A stretch of DNA of 64,000 nt from Pseudotabrizicola sp. (lineage in GTDB: Bacteria; Pseudomonadota; Alphaproteobacteria; Rhodobacterales; Rhodobacteraceae): the NCBI RefSeq assembly GCF_030656345.1, contig NZ_JAUSNR010000014.1, forward strand, positions 2,179 through 66,178, given 5' to 3'. Below the pieces are notes generated by a model that saw only the letters and a program-made list of their open reading frames with translations, searched no databases and was not told the origin of the DNA. The translations under genes and the position numbers were made by a program. How positions within the stretch are numbered: the stretch's first letter is position 1; every line of letters begins with the position of its first letter. Shown in pieces: positions 20,778-31,446 of this stretch.

Positions 20778-21853
20778 GCGCCGCCACCGTCTCTGCCTCC
20801 ACCATCAGCCCCGGCACGTCGGCCCTGTTGTTCCTTTTGCGCGCCCGCACTTTTGTCGCGCTGATTCTGGTGTTTACCTATTTCGCGGTGATGGCCCCGA
20901 ATTTCCTCAGCCTTGCCAATGCGGTCATCATCTCAAAGCACGTTTCGCTGAATGCCTTTCTGGCCATTGGCATGACCTTTGTGATCATCACCGGCGGCAT
21001 CGACCTGTCTGTCGGCTCCATTGTCGGGCTGTGCGGCATGGTGGCGGGATGGCTGATTCTGAACGGGATTGATCTGGGTATGCTGGGGATCGGCTATTCA
21101 ATCCAGTTCAACAGTCTTGAAGTCGCAGTGCTGACGGTAATTGTCGGCATGTTCGTGGGCCTGATCAACGGATTGCTGATCACCCGGCTGAACGTCGCAC
21201 CCTTTATTGCAACTTTGGGCACGCTGTATGTGGCGCGCGGTGCTGCGCTGCTGTCATCCGGCGGGCGGACGTTTCCGAACCTGCAAGGCAATGCGGAATA
21301 CGGGTCCGACAGCTTTCCCCTGATCGGATCGGGAACGATTTTTGGCTTGCCTTTCATGGTCTGGCTGCTGATCGGTGTTGCGCTGATGGCCGCCTATCTT
21401 GCCAACCGCACACCGTTGGGCCGTCACATCTATGCCGTCGGCGGCAATGAACGCGGGGCCGCCCTGTCTGGGGTCAAGGTCAATCAGGTCAAGATCTTCG
21501 TCTACGTCTTCTCGGGGTTTTGTGCCGCTTTGGTCGGCATCATCATCGCCAGCCAGTTGCAGGCCGCGCATCCGGCCACGGGTGAGACCTTCGAGCTGAA
21601 TGCCATCGCCGCCGCCGTTCTGGGCGGCACGTCGATGGCGGGCGGGCGCGGGCGGATTGGTGGCACCATTGTCGGTGCCTTTGTCATCGGCATCCTGTCA
21701 GACGGGCTGATCATGATGGGGGTTTCTTCCTTTTGGCAAACGGTGATCAAGGGGCTTGTCATCATTGCCGCCGTGGTGATTGATCAGGCGCAAAGCAAGC
21801 TGCAGGCCCGTGTGGCGCTTCAGCAAGAGGCGGCAGCCAGTCGCGCCACGTGA
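20774..21853 (+). CDS. Sugar ABC transporter permease
   Basis: GGIDLSVGS, YAVGGN, AAAVLGGTS. Confidence 0.95.
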   Translation: MSAATVSASTISPGTSALLFLLRARTFVALILVFTYFAVMAPNFLSLANAVIISKHVSLNAFLAIGMTFVIITGGIDLSVGSIVGLCGMVAGWLILNGIDLGMLGIGYSIQFNSLEVAVLTVIVGMFVGLINGLLITRLNVAPFIATLGTLYVARGAALLSSGGRTFPNLQGNAEYGSDSFPLIGSGTIFGLPFMVWLLIGVALMAAYLANRTPLGRHIYAVGGNERGAALSGVKVNQVKIFVYVFSGFCAALVGIIIASQLQAAHPATGETFELNAIAAAVLGGTSMAGGRGRIGGTIVGAFVIGILSDGLIMMGVSSFWQTVIKGLVIIAAVVIDQAQSKLQARVALQQEAAASRAT

Positions 21854-21936
21854 CGCCCCTTTGCCAACGGGTCGCAATGGCGTAGAAAGCCGATCTGACC
21901 CAACGACTTGTTTTCCTGTGTAGGAGCCTGACCCAC

Positions 21937-22746
21937 GTGCAGCAAAAGCCTGCCATCGCGCGCGACGACTCGATGGTCGGGCTGCTGTCTGAACCTCGCC
22001 GCCGTCGCATCCTTGAATGGATTCAGGAGGAAGGGGCCGCCCGCGTCCGCGATCTGGCCGCCGCTTTTCAGGTGTCAGAGGCGACGATCCGGCAGGATCT
22101 GGAAAAGCTGGATCAGGAAGGGCACGTCACCCGCGAACATGGTGGGGCCTTTCTGAATTCCATGCCGGTACAGGTGCAAAGCCTTGTGCTGCACCATCAG
22201 GAAAACATGGACAAAAAGCGCCGCATCGGGGCTTTGGCGGCAAGTCTGGTTACCGATGGGGAAACCCTGATCCTCGACGCCGGCACCACCACGACCGAGG
22301 TGGCGCTGCGGCTGGTCAACCGCAAGAACCTGACGGTCATTACCAATGCGCTCAACATCGCCATCACATTGGGGGCCGTGCCCGGGTTTCAGGTGCATAT
22401 GCCCGGCGGTCAGTTCAAAGCGCCCACCCTGTCACTGTCGGGCGACAAGTCAGTGGACTACTTCCGCAACATCTTTGCCGGCAAGCTGTTTCTGGCAACC
22501 GCAGGGGTGGGGCTCGATGCAGGGCTGACCTACCCAAGCTTTGCGGATCTGCAATTGAAGGAAGCCATGATCCGCGCTGCATCGCATGTATTTCTGGTGG
22601 CGGATTCGACCAAGATCAACAAAAGCTCGTTCACCCGTCTTGGCGCGCTGGAGGTGATCCATTCCTTCATCACCGATGATGGCATCTCGGACCGGGATGC
22701 CAAGGAGTTTGAAGCCCGCGGCATCGAAGTGTTGATCGCCACCTGA
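21937..22746 (+). CDS. DeoR/GlpR family transcriptional regulator
   Basis: VSEATIRQDL, HGGA, LDAGTT, DSTK. Confidence 0.92.
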   Translation: MQQKPAIARDDSMVGLLSEPRRRRILEWIQEEGAARVRDLAAAFQVSEATIRQDLEKLDQEGHVTREHGGAFLNSMPVQVQSLVLHHQENMDKKRRIGALAASLVTDGETLILDAGTTTTEVALRLVNRKNLTVITNALNIAITLGAVPGFQVHMPGGQFKAPTLSLSGDKSVDYFRNIFAGKLFLATAGVGLDAGLTYPSFADLQLKEAMIRAASHVFLVADSTKINKSSFTRLGALEVIHSFITDDGISDRDAKEFEARGIEVLIAT

Positions 22747-22788
22747 GGTGCCTATGCAGGGGCGGGGCCGAGTTCCGGCCCGCCGCCT

Positions 22789-23286
22789 TCATTGCCGGAG
22801 TATGCCCTCAACCGGCGGCAATGGCACTGGTTGGGTGACCAGAGCCGGGTTGCGCCGTTCGTAAAAGGCATTGCCCCCGGTGGTCAGCACATAATGCATG
22901 TTGTTGTATGACGCGCGATAGCTTGCCGTATGGAAAAACTGCGCGTCACCAATCATCGGATGGCGTTGTCCGCGCAGCACCGACTGCGCTGCCTGACGCA
23001 GCATGGGTGCCGTCCGCGTGTTCATCCGCTGCGACATAACCCCCGGCGCAAACTGGTTGCGCTGGCCGACCACACCGCACACGCTGCGCGGATACTGGCC
23101 GGATTCCACGCGGTTCATCACCACACTGCCCACCGCGACCATGCCATCGTAGCTTGATCTGTTGGATTCGAAATACATTGCCCGCTCCATGCATTCGAGC
23201 TCGGAATGCCGCGCGCCGCAGCCTGCCAGCAGCGCCAGCGCGACCCCCGCACCGGCAAGGTGCAAGGCGGTTCGGGTTCGGGTCAT
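22789..23286 (-). CDS. SleB-like cell wall hydrolase, lipoprotein
   Basis: Lipobox LLAGC; AMYFES, VVMNRV, CGVVGQRNQF, FFHT. Confidence 0.8.
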   Translation of the reverse strand: MTRTRTALHLAGAGVALALLAGCGARHSELECMERAMYFESNRSSYDGMVAVGSVVMNRVESGQYPRSVCGVVGQRNQFAPGVMSQRMNTRTAPMLRQAAQSVLRGQRHPMIGDAQFFHTASYRASYNNMHYVLTTGGNAFYERRNPALVTQPVPLPPVEGILRQ

Positions 23287-23375
23287 CTGTGTATCCTGCT
23301 CGCCGTTTTTCTTTATCATAGCGCAAATGGCCGTCGGGCGCAGCAGGTTTTCCGATCTGGCTTGATCCGGGCCGT

Positions 23376-24101
23376 TCAGTCTCTGCGCGGCCAGCAAGCC
23401 TCAAGCATTGCAAACAGCACAAGGCTTTGTGCAGCAAGCACCAGCAAAGCCGCAAACATAAGGTCGGTCTGCCCCCTGCCATTCGCCATCAGCATCAGAT
23501 AGCCAAGCCCCCGCGACGACCCCACCCATTCGCCGATGATAACGGCAAAGGGTGCATAGACCACCGCAAGCCGCAGTCCTGTCCCCAAGGCAGGCAGCGC
23601 ATTCGGCACCTGCAGCAGGAACAGCCGCCGCAGCGGCGTGGCCCACATCAGCTGCGCCAGATCCGCCAGCGGCGGCGGCAGCCGCATCAGCCCGTCAAAG
23701 AAGGCGGAGGTTACGGGAAAGTAAATCACCAGCATGACGATCACCACCTTGGACGCCGCGCCATAGCCCAGCCAGAGCGTCAGCACCGGGGCCAGCGCAA
23801 ACACCGGCACCGCCTGCGCAAAGATCAGCATCGGGCGCAGCAGCAGCCGGGCCCCTAGCGACAGCGCAAGATGCAGCGCCGTCACCACCCCAAGCAATAC
23901 CCCCGCTGCAAGCCCGCTCAGCAGGTTGACCGCCGTAAACCGCGCGTGCTCTGTCAACAAGGGCGCATTGGCCCACAGGCTTGCCGCCACCCGCCCGGGT
24001 CCGGGCAGGATGAACGGCGGCAGCCCCGTCAGCACGACCAGCGCCTGCCAAAGCGCAATCGCCAACGCCGCTGCGGCCAAGGCTGCGCAGACCCGTTTCA
24101 C
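23376..24101 (-). CDS. ABC permease, ThiX-like (pyrimidine salvage)
   Basis: SsuC-type permease with IIGEWVGSSRGLG; last gene of the thi operon. Confidence 0.85.
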   Translation of the reverse strand: MKRVCAALAAAALAIALWQALVVLTGLPPFILPGPGRVAASLWANAPLLTEHARFTAVNLLSGLAAGVLLGVVTALHLALSLGARLLLRPMLIFAQAVPVFALAPVLTLWLGYGAASKVVIVMLVIYFPVTSAFFDGLMRLPPPLADLAQLMWATPLRRLFLLQVPNALPALGTGLRLAVVYAPFAVIIGEWVGSSRGLGYLMLMANGRGQTDLMFAALLVLAAQSLVLFAMLEACWPRRD

Positions 24102-24754
24102 CTGCTTTCGAACCCGGCGAGGGCAGCATCGAAAAAGCCGCGCTCCAACCGCGCGGCTTCGATGAACCGCTCTTCCACGGCGCGCTGTTGTGCGGCGGTC
24201 AGCTTTGGCCAGACTGTATCCAGCTGTGCCCGCAGATAGGCGACAAACCCCTCAAACCCCGGCCCGGCATGCAGGTCGATCCAGTCGCCGAACCAGAATG
24301 GCAGAGTGGGGGCCTTTGCGGCGTGCGGGCTGGCCCAGTCCAGATAGCTCCACTCTGCCACCACCAGCACCGCCAGCATCTGCTCATAGCGCCCTGACCG
24401 CGCCGCCTCACGCATCAGGGTCTGAAACCCGGTTGTCACCGGATGCGGCGGCGCAGGATGGGCGGGGTCGCCACCCAGTGCCGCGATGGCGCGCTGGAAA
24501 TAGGTGTTCTCGGGCCCGCAGATCAGCCCCATGAACTGGCCCGCCGGCACCGCATCGGCCAAACTTGGCGCATGAGCAATCATCGCGCCCAGCAGTCGGG
24601 TGAAATCTTCGACAAACAGATAGTCCTGCCGCAGATAGCCCAGCATTTGTGCGGCGGGCAGCGTGCCCTGCGCCAGCGCATCGGTAAAGGCATGGCGGGT
24701 AGCGGCGGTCCAATCCGCTGCACACAGCGATTTCAGGTGATCAGTGGGGCGCAT
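24098..24754 (-). CDS. TenA family protein, TenA_E type (no catalytic Cys)
   Basis: YLRQDYLF, AEWSYLDWA, WIDLH, LERGFF. Confidence 0.85.
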   Translation of the reverse strand: MRPTDHLKSLCAADWTAATRHAFTDALAQGTLPAAQMLGYLRQDYLFVEDFTRLLGAMIAHAPSLADAVPAGQFMGLICGPENTYFQRAIAALGGDPAHPAPPHPVTTGFQTLMREAARSGRYEQMLAVLVVAEWSYLDWASPHAAKAPTLPFWFGDWIDLHAGPGFEGFVAYLRAQLDTVWPKLTAAQQRAVEERFIEAARLERGFFDAALAGFESR

Positions 24755-25496
24755 CGCAAAGATCCTTTGGGTCAGGTGACAAAGTCCGGGCATGAAGCAG
24801 CGCCAGCAACCGGGCTTGCGCAGCAAGGGTTTCCGGCGCGCTAAAATCGCGCGGGGTGGGGGCTGCGGGCAGGGTCAGCGCCTCTGTCCCGTCCGGGTCC
24901 AGCAGCCAGGCCACATCCGACAGGCGGATTGCTTCCAGCGGGTCATGGGTGATCAGGATCACCGTGCGCCCCCGCAGCAGCCGCGCCGCCAGATCCTGCA
25001 TCGCCAGCCGCGTGACCGTATCCAGCGCCGAAAACGGTTCATCCAGCACCACAACCGGGCAATCCTCGATCAGCACGCGGGCCAGCGCGACACGCTGGCG
25101 CTGCCCACCCGACAGCGCGTCGGGGCGGCGGCGTTCCACCCCGGCCAGCCCGACGTTTTCCAGCAAGGCAAGGGCGCGCGCCACATCCGGCCGCGCCCCG
25201 CGCAACCGTGCGCCGATGGTGACATTCTGCACCAGATCTGCCCAAGGCAGCAACTGGGCCAGCTGTGCCAGCATCGCCACCCGCCCGTGCAACGGCAGAC
25301 TGTCCTCTGCCGCCACGACCCCGTTCATCCGATAGGGGCCGGGCAAGCCCGCGATCAGCCGGGCTACGGTTGATTTGCCCACCCCCGACGGCCCCAGCAG
25401 ACAGGACCACCGGCCCGCAGGAAAGTGCAGCGACAGATTGCGGATCAGCGGGGCAGACCCCATCCACACCTCGCCCTGCAGGTGCACAGCGGTCAT
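24741..25496 (-). CDS. ABC ATP-binding protein, ThiZ-like
   Basis: GPSGVGKST, LSGGQRQR, LDEPF. Confidence 0.9.
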   Translation of the reverse strand: MTAVHLQGEVWMGSAPLIRNLSLHFPAGRWSCLLGPSGVGKSTVARLIAGLPGPYRMNGVVAAEDSLPLHGRVAMLAQLAQLLPWADLVQNVTIGARLRGARPDVARALALLENVGLAGVERRRPDALSGGQRQRVALARVLIEDCPVVVLDEPFSALDTVTRLAMQDLAARLLRGRTVILITHDPLEAIRLSDVAWLLDPDGTEALTLPAAPTPRDFSAPETLAAQARLLALLHARTLSPDPKDLCDAPH

Positions 25497-26167
25497 GCGC
25501 CCTCCAGCCCCATCTGCCAGAACCCGACCTCCAGCCGGGTTGCGGTCGCAAAGCGCTGCGTCAACCGGGCAAAGCGGGGCAGACCGGCCCAATCCGGCCC
25601 CAACCGCTGCAAAAGCGCGCCGTCGATCAGAGTGCCGACGTCATGGCACAGCGCCTGATATTCCGCCCCGCCATACGTCTCGATCCAACCGGCATAGGCC
25701 CCGCCGCTGCCCGCCAGCCGCGCCCCGATTTCGCCGTAACCCAGAACACAGGGCGCAAGCGCCGCCATCAGGTCGAGGAAATCCCCCGAATACCCCGCCT
25801 CCAGCACATAGCGGGTATAGGCCAGATTGGCGGGCGCTTCTTCGGTTGCCTCCAGCTCTGCTGCATCAATCCCGGCTTGCGCACAGATCTGCACATGCAG
25901 CGGCATCTCGACATGGACCAGCGCATGAACCGTGGCCGAGGCTGCCTGCATCTCGGCCAGCGTGTCAGCCTTCGCCGCCGCCAGCGCCCATGCCCGCGCG
26001 AAGTGGATCAGAAACACATAGTCCTGCCGCAGGTAATGCAGGAAGGTCGCGCGCGGCAGGTCGCCCCGGCGCAAGCCTTCGACAAAAGCGTGGTGGGTGT
26101 AGCTTTGCCACTGCGGCGCTTCGTTGCGCCACAGGGCAAAGGCGCGGCCATAACCGGGGCCGGTCAT
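25493..26167 (-). CDS. tenA: Thiaminase II (TenA_C type)
   Basis: YLRQDYVFL, LAPCVLGYGEI with catalytic Cys, LEVGFW. Confidence 0.88.
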   Translation of the reverse strand: MTGPGYGRAFALWRNEAPQWQSYTHHAFVEGLRRGDLPRATFLHYLRQDYVFLIHFARAWALAAAKADTLAEMQAASATVHALVHVEMPLHVQICAQAGIDAAELEATEEAPANLAYTRYVLEAGYSGDFLDLMAALAPCVLGYGEIGARLAGSGGAYAGWIETYGGAEYQALCHDVGTLIDGALLQRLGPDWAGLPRFARLTQRFATATRLEVGFWQMGLEGA

Positions 26168-27114
26168 GGCGTGCCTGACGCGGAGACGTCGATTGCCAGC
26201 TCTGCGACCGGCAGCCCGCCCGGCGTTGCCCCTTGCGCGGCCAGAAACGCCTCGAACCGCCGGTAGCGCCCGGCATCCATCGCGGCGGGCCGGCTGGCAA
26301 AGCGCGGCCAGGTATCGGCCCAGGCGCGCCGGTTCAGCTCGGTCTGCAGTTCGGGGGCGGTGGCCGCAAACAACTCCCACGCCCTTTCCGGCTGGTTCAG
26401 GATGAACCCGGTCGCCCGTTCGGTCGCCTCCAGAAACCGCGCAACCACAGCACTGTCCATCGTGTCGGGATTGGCGACATAGATCAGCTCGTCATAGGCT
26501 GGCACGCCTTCCTGTTCGGGATAAAAGCAACGGCCCTCCATCCCTTCGATCTGCAACTGGTGCAGCTCAAAATTGCGGTAGGCCCCGATCACCGCATCCA
26601 CCTGTCCAGACATCAGCGCGGGCGAGATCGAAAAGCCGATGTTGATCTGTTCCACATCCGCAGGCACCATGCCGTGATGCGCCAGCATCGCGTTCAGAAT
26701 GCCCTCCTGCACCCCGGCGACGGCAAAGCCCACCTTGCCGCCGCGCAGATCCGTGATTGCCTGCACCGGACCATCGGCCAGCACCACCAGACAGGTCAGC
26801 GGCGTCGCAATCAGCGTGCCGACCCGGCGCAGCGGCAGGTCATTGTGGCGGCTCAGATGCAGCTGGGGCTGATAGGTGACCGCCAGATCAACGCGCCCCG
26901 CCGCCGCCATGCGCGGCGGGTCATTCGGGTCTGACGGGGTAACGATCTCTACTTCCAGACCGGCTTCGGCGAAATATCCCAGCTCCTGCGCCAGAATGAT
27001 GGGCCCGTGATCGGGATTCACGAACCAGTCCAGCATCAGGCTGATCCGGTCCTGTGCTGCGGCTGGCACAGCGAGCGAGACGGTGACCGCAAGCGCGGCA
27101 ATAAGGGGTCGCAT
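26164..27114 (-). CDS. ThiY/NMT1-like substrate-binding protein
   Basis: LDWFVNPDH, YQPQL, GAYRNFE, YDEL. Confidence 0.88.
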   Translation of the reverse strand: MRPLIAALAVTVSLAVPAAAQDRISLMLDWFVNPDHGPIILAQELGYFAEAGLEVEIVTPSDPNDPPRMAAAGRVDLAVTYQPQLHLSRHNDLPLRRVGTLIATPLTCLVVLADGPVQAITDLRGGKVGFAVAGVQEGILNAMLAHHGMVPADVEQINIGFSISPALMSGQVDAVIGAYRNFELHQLQIEGMEGRCFYPEQEGVPAYDELIYVANPDTMDSAVVARFLEATERATGFILNQPERAWELFAATAPELQTELNRRAWADTWPRFASRPAAMDAGRYRRFEAFLAAQGATPGGLPVAELAIDVSASGTP

Positions 27115-27125
27115 GGATTGTCCTT

Positions 27126-28079
27126 TCAGTCATGAACGGCAAGCAGGGCAATCTCGCCCGGCCAGCGGATCTGCAGCTTTTGCCCGGCGTTATGCGCGCG
27201 CAGCCCGGTCGCACAGGCCAGCACCACACGGCGGCCTGCTGGCGGGGTCATCGCGGGCATCGCCTCGGGCGGAATATGGCGGGCCTGCGGGCTGAACGGA
27301 GCCGCCTCGGCCCGCAGGTCGATCAGCAGATCCGTGGCGCGGATCTGGCTGCGCCCGATAAACGGCAGCGGATTTTCAGGCTCGTCTGCGCTGTCAAAGC
27401 GAAATCCGCCCATCCGCCAGCCCATCGCATCCAGACTGACCAGCCGACCCAGCGGCGACGGGTCGAGCCCCAGCAGCACCGACAGCGCCATCTGCGCCTG
27501 CAGCGCGCCGACGGCCCCCACCACCGGGCCCATCACCCCTGCGGTCGCACAGGTCGCGCCACGCTCGGGCAGGTCGGGAAAGATCGCGCGCAGGCTGGGC
27601 GCGGGGCCGCAGCACCCCGCCACATACCCCGACAGTGCCAGCGCCGAGGCTGTGATCAGCGGCGTGCCGCTGTCGCGGCAGGCATCCGAAAGCGTCAGGC
27701 TGGCGGCAAAGCTATCTGCACAATCCAGCACAACATCCGCCGCCGAGACCAGAGGCGGCGCGTTGGCGGGGTCCAGAAACGCTGTCAGCGGGGTGACCTG
27801 CACCTCTGGGTTCAGTGCAGCCAAAGCGTGGGCGGCAGCGCGCGCTTTGGGCTGGCCGATCTGGTCCATCCGGTACAGCGGCTGGCGGTGCAGGTTGTGT
27901 TCCGCCACCCCATCGCCATCGACCAGCGTGATCTGCCCGACCCCGGCCCCGGCCAGATACTGCAACACCGGCACCCCCAGCCCCCCGGCCCCGACCACCA
28001 GCACATGCGCATGCTCCAGCCGGGTCTGCCCCGCCGTACCGATCTGCGGCAGCACCGTCTGACGCGCATAGCGGGTCAT
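27126..28079 (-). CDS. thiF: ThiF/MoeB adenylyltransferase with degenerate rhodanese-like tail
   Basis: RYARQ, VVGAGGLG, NLHRQ. Confidence 0.88.
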   Translation of the reverse strand: MTRYARQTVLPQIGTAGQTRLEHAHVLVVGAGGLGVPVLQYLAGAGVGQITLVDGDGVAEHNLHRQPLYRMDQIGQPKARAAAHALAALNPEVQVTPLTAFLDPANAPPLVSAADVVLDCADSFAASLTLSDACRDSGTPLITASALALSGYVAGCCGPAPSLRAIFPDLPERGATCATAGVMGPVVGAVGALQAQMALSVLLGLDPSPLGRLVSLDAMGWRMGGFRFDSADEPENPLPFIGRSQIRATDLLIDLRAEAAPFSPQARHIPPEAMPAMTPPAGRRVVLACATGLRAHNAGQKLQIRWPGEIALLAVHD

Positions 28080-28672
28080 TGGCACACCCTCAGCCAGTCA
28101 CGCATCCGGCGCTCCGGGTCCGGGTTCAGCGTGATGTCGGTCACCGCCGAGACCATATCCGCCCCCGCGGCGAACGCCCCCGCCGCCCGGTCCACCGACA
28201 TGCCACCGATGGCGCACAGTGGCGTGTCACCCACCAGCCGTTTCCATTCGGTCACCCGGTCCAGCCCCTGCTGATGCCATTTCATCTGCTTCAGGATCGT
28301 TGGGTAAACCGGGCCCAATGCGATGTAGTCCGGCACCAGCGTCAGCGCACGGTCCAGCTCGGCATGGTCATGGGTCGAGATGCCCAGCCGCAGCCCTGCC
28401 CGGCGGATGGCGGGCAGGTCGGCGCTGTCCAGATCTTCCTGTCCCAGATGCAGCCAGTCTGCGCCTTCCTCAACGGCCAGCTGCCAGTGGTCATTGATGA
28501 CCAGCATCGCCCCATGCGCCCGTGCCAGTGCCACACCGGCCCGGATTTGCGTGCGCAGATCATCGGGCGCACGGTCCTTGATCCGCAACTGCACCAGCCG
28601 GATGCCAAGCGGCAGCGCCCGTTCCAGCCAGTCGATGGAGTCGAAAATCGGATAGAAACGCGGCAGTGTCAT
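28076..28672 (-). CDS. thiE: Thiamine-phosphate synthase
   Basis: QLRIK, IND, HLGQED, STH, AIGG. Confidence 0.93.
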   Translation of the reverse strand: MTLPRFYPIFDSIDWLERALPLGIRLVQLRIKDRAPDDLRTQIRAGVALARAHGAMLVINDHWQLAVEEGADWLHLGQEDLDSADLPAIRRAGLRLGISTHDHAELDRALTLVPDYIALGPVYPTILKQMKWHQQGLDRVTEWKRLVGDTPLCAIGGMSVDRAAGAFAAGADMVSAVTDITLNPDPERRMRDWLRVCQ

Positions 28673-29430
28673 AGCCATGCCTTTCCCAGAACCGGGGTGG
28701 AGGGCACCGCCATCTCGCGCGGGTCCATCGGATCGGCGGCATGCGCCAGCGCGCCCGCCTGTACCGCCAGTGCAAAGGCGCGGGCCATTGCCACCGGATC
28801 GCCCGCCATCGCCACGGCGGTGTTCAGCAGCACCGCGTCAAACCCCAGCTCCATTGCGTCTGCCGCATGGCTTGGCAGGCCAAGGCCTGCATCAATCACC
28901 ATCGGCACATCAGGAAACGCCGCGCGCAGCATTTTCAGTCCATAGCGGTTGTTCAGCCCCAGCCCCGAGCCGATGGGGGCACCCCAGGGCATCAGCACCC
29001 GCGCCCCGGCGTCCAGCAGCCGCCCCGCCAGCACCTGATCTTCGGTGGTATAGGGGAACACTTCGAACCCGTCAGCGGCCAGCGTTTCCGTGGCTTGCAG
29101 CAGGCCGAACGGGTCTGGCTGCAAGGTGTCGGCATGGCCGATGACTTCCAGCTTGATCCAGTTGGTCTCGAACAGCTCACGCGCCATTCTGGCGGTGGTG
29201 ATCGCCTCCTGGGCGCTGTAGCAGCCTGCGGTGTTGGGCAGCACATGCACGCCAAAACCCCGGATGATCTGCCAGAACGCCTGCCCTTGCCCGCCCTCGC
29301 GCCGCAACGACACCGTGGCCACCGAGGCGCGCGAGCTGCGAAACGCCGCCTCCAGTATGGCCGGAGACGGGTACTGCGCCGTGCCCAGCATCAGGGGTGT
29401 GTCAAGCGTGACCCCGTAAAAATCGCGCAT
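28669..29430 (-). CDS. thiG: Thiazole synthase
   Basis: [32 protein letters not shown]. Confidence 0.97.
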   Translation of the reverse strand: MRDFYGVTLDTPLMLGTAQYPSPAILEAAFRSSRASVATVSLRREGGQGQAFWQIIRGFGVHVLPNTAGCYSAQEAITTARMARELFETNWIKLEVIGHADTLQPDPFGLLQATETLAADGFEVFPYTTEDQVLAGRLLDAGARVLMPWGAPIGSGLGLNNRYGLKMLRAAFPDVPMVIDAGLGLPSHAADAMELGFDAVLLNTAVAMAGDPVAMARAFALAVQAGALAHAADPMDPREMAVPSTPVLGKAWL

Positions 29431-29433
29431 CCT

Positions 29434-29631
29434 TCAACCTCCCTGCATCGGGGCCAGCACTTCCAGCCGGTCGCCTGCGGTGACGGGTGTGGTGTCGCGC
29501 GCGGCTTTGGGCACAAACGCCCCGTTCAGCGCGGTCGCGACCCGTGCTTCACCCCAGCCCAGCTCTGCCAGCACCGCGGACAGGGTCGCGCTGTGCACCT
29601 CTTGTGGCGCGCCATTCACGTCAATCTTCAT
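29434..29631 (-). CDS. thiS: Sulfur carrier protein ThiS
   Basis: 65 aa ending in QGG; ATALNG. Confidence 0.95.
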   Translation of the reverse strand: MKIDVNGAPQEVHSATLSAVLAELGWGEARVATALNGAFVPKAARDTTPVTAGDRLEVLAPMQGG

Positions 29632-30586
29632 GCACCAGATCCCCCTTTGTGCCCGTGTTCAGGAAACGGACCGCCTGTATCGCCAGTGCAGGGGCCATCA
29701 GATAGCCGTGCCGGAACAGCCCGTTCAGGTGCAGCACGCGCCCCCGGACCACCACACGCGGCACGTTGTCGGCAAAGGCCGGCCGCAGATCGGCACCTGT
29801 TTCCAGCACTTCGGCATCGGCAAAGCGCGGGTCCAGCGCATAGGCCGCGCTGAGCAGTTCCAGCACAGACCGCGCCGATACCCCGCGCCTGTCGGCGCTT
29901 TCAATCTGGGTGGCCCCAAGCATGTACACGCCATCTGCGCGCGGCACGACGTACAGCGGGTGGCGCGGATGCAGCAGCCGGACCGGGCGCGACAGACGGA
30001 TTTCGGGCGCGCGCAGCACCAGCATCTCGCCGCGCACGCCGCGCAATCCGGGCAGTGCCGCCGCCAGTCCGCGTGCATCAATGACCGGGCCCGCGATGGT
30101 TTCGGGCGCAGCCTCGGCTTGAGTGATGCGGACTCCGTGTGCCGCCAGTGCGGCCACCAGATCCGCCAGTGCTGCGCGCGGGTCCAGATGCGCTTCGGCT
30201 TCAAAAAACAGCCCCTGCCCTGCACTGCCCAGATCCGGTTCCAGCTCTGCCATATCCATCACTGCCCGGTGCCCCGTGGTCCGGCGGGCAAAGCGCATAA
30301 GCTCTGCCTTGTCGCGCTGCATCGCCACCACCAGCGTGCCGCGCTGCGTCACCCGTGTCACCCCGGCCCAATGCTGCGCGGCCTGCGCGCCGTGGCGGGT
30401 GATCACCGGCTCTGCCACCGCGCCTTCGCACAGGGGGGCCAGCATGCCGCCTGCCCACCACGAACACCCATGCGGACCGGGCGCCCCGCTGCGGTCGATC
30501 AGTTGCGGGGTCAGACCGGCCTGACACAGCGCATAGGCCGCCCATAGCCCCGCAACGCCCGCGCCGATGACAGTGACATCAGCCAT
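29621..30586 (-). CDS. thiO: Glycine oxidase
   Basis: IGAGVAG, AGGMLAP, LRPAF, NGLFRHG. Confidence 0.92.
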   Translation of the reverse strand: MADVTVIGAGVAGLWAAYALCQAGLTPQLIDRSGAPGPHGCSWWAGGMLAPLCEGAVAEPVITRHGAQAAQHWAGVTRVTQRGTLVVAMQRDKAELMRFARRTTGHRAVMDMAELEPDLGSAGQGLFFEAEAHLDPRAALADLVAALAAHGVRITQAEAAPETIAGPVIDARGLAAALPGLRGVRGEMLVLRAPEIRLSRPVRLLHPRHPLYVVPRADGVYMLGATQIESADRRGVSARSVLELLSAAYALDPRFADAEVLETGADLRPAFADNVPRVVVRGRVLHLNGLFRHGYLMAPALAIQAVRFLNTGTKGDLVHED

Positions 30587-31388
30587 CGGACCAGACCGCA
30601 TGAAAATGATGCACCGGCCCATGGCCCGCGCCCACGCCCAAGCTCTCGGCAGCGGCAATCGCGCCTTGCAGATAGCGGTGCGCCCGGGTCACGGCATCTG
30701 ACAATGCCCTGCCCTGCGCCAGTCCGGCCGCAATCGCGGCCGACAGGGTGCAGCCGGTGCCATGGGTGTTGCGGGTCGCAAGGCGGGGAGCGGTCAGCCG
30801 GAGGATGCCGTCAGCGGTGATCAGCAGGTCGACACAGGTTTCCCCCGTGCCATGCCCGCCCTTCATCAGCACCGCCTGCGGCCCCAGCGCGCGCAGCGCC
30901 TGGCCCTGCCGGGCCATCTCTGGCTCTGAACTGGCCGGGGCACAGCCCAGCAGATCGGCGGCTTCGGGCAGGTTCGGCGTCAGCACTGTGGCAAGGGGCA
31001 GGACCAGATTGCGCATCGCCGCCAGCGCCTCTTGCGGCAACAACCTGTCACCGGATTTTGCGACCATGACCGGATCGAGCACCAGCGGCGTTGCGCGACC
31101 CGCGAGGCCCCCGGCAACGGTCGCAATCGCTTTCGCCCCGCCCAGCATGCCCAGTTTGATGGCGCGCACATCCAGATCGTCAAACACGGCGGCCATTTGC
31201 GCCACGATCATCGCCGGGCTTGCAGCCTCGATCAGGCTCACGGTGCGCGTGTTCTGCGCGGTCAGGGCGGTGATGACGCTGGCACCGTAAACCCCCAGCG
31301 CGGAAAAGGTTTTCAGATCGGCCTGAATACCGGCCCCGCCACCGGAGTCAGAGCCTGCTATTGTCAACGCGATGGGAACCAACGTCAT
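30579..31388 (-). CDS. thiD: HMP/HMP-P kinase
   Basis: IAGSDSGGGAGIQADLKT, TPNLPEA, HGTGCT. Confidence 0.97.
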   Translation of the reverse strand: MTLVPIALTIAGSDSGGGAGIQADLKTFSALGVYGASVITALTAQNTRTVSLIEAASPAMIVAQMAAVFDDLDVRAIKLGMLGGAKAIATVAGGLAGRATPLVLDPVMVAKSGDRLLPQEALAAMRNLVLPLATVLTPNLPEAADLLGCAPASSEPEMARQGQALRALGPQAVLMKGGHGTGETCVDLLITADGILRLTAPRLATRNTHGTGCTLSAAIAAGLAQGRALSDAVTRAHRYLQGAIAAAESLGVGAGHGPVHHFHAVWSDG

Positions 31389-31446
31389 CTCCTTGCATCA
31401 CAAATATCGCAAGGAGACGGAATGGGGGCACATGCGCCCCTTCTAC

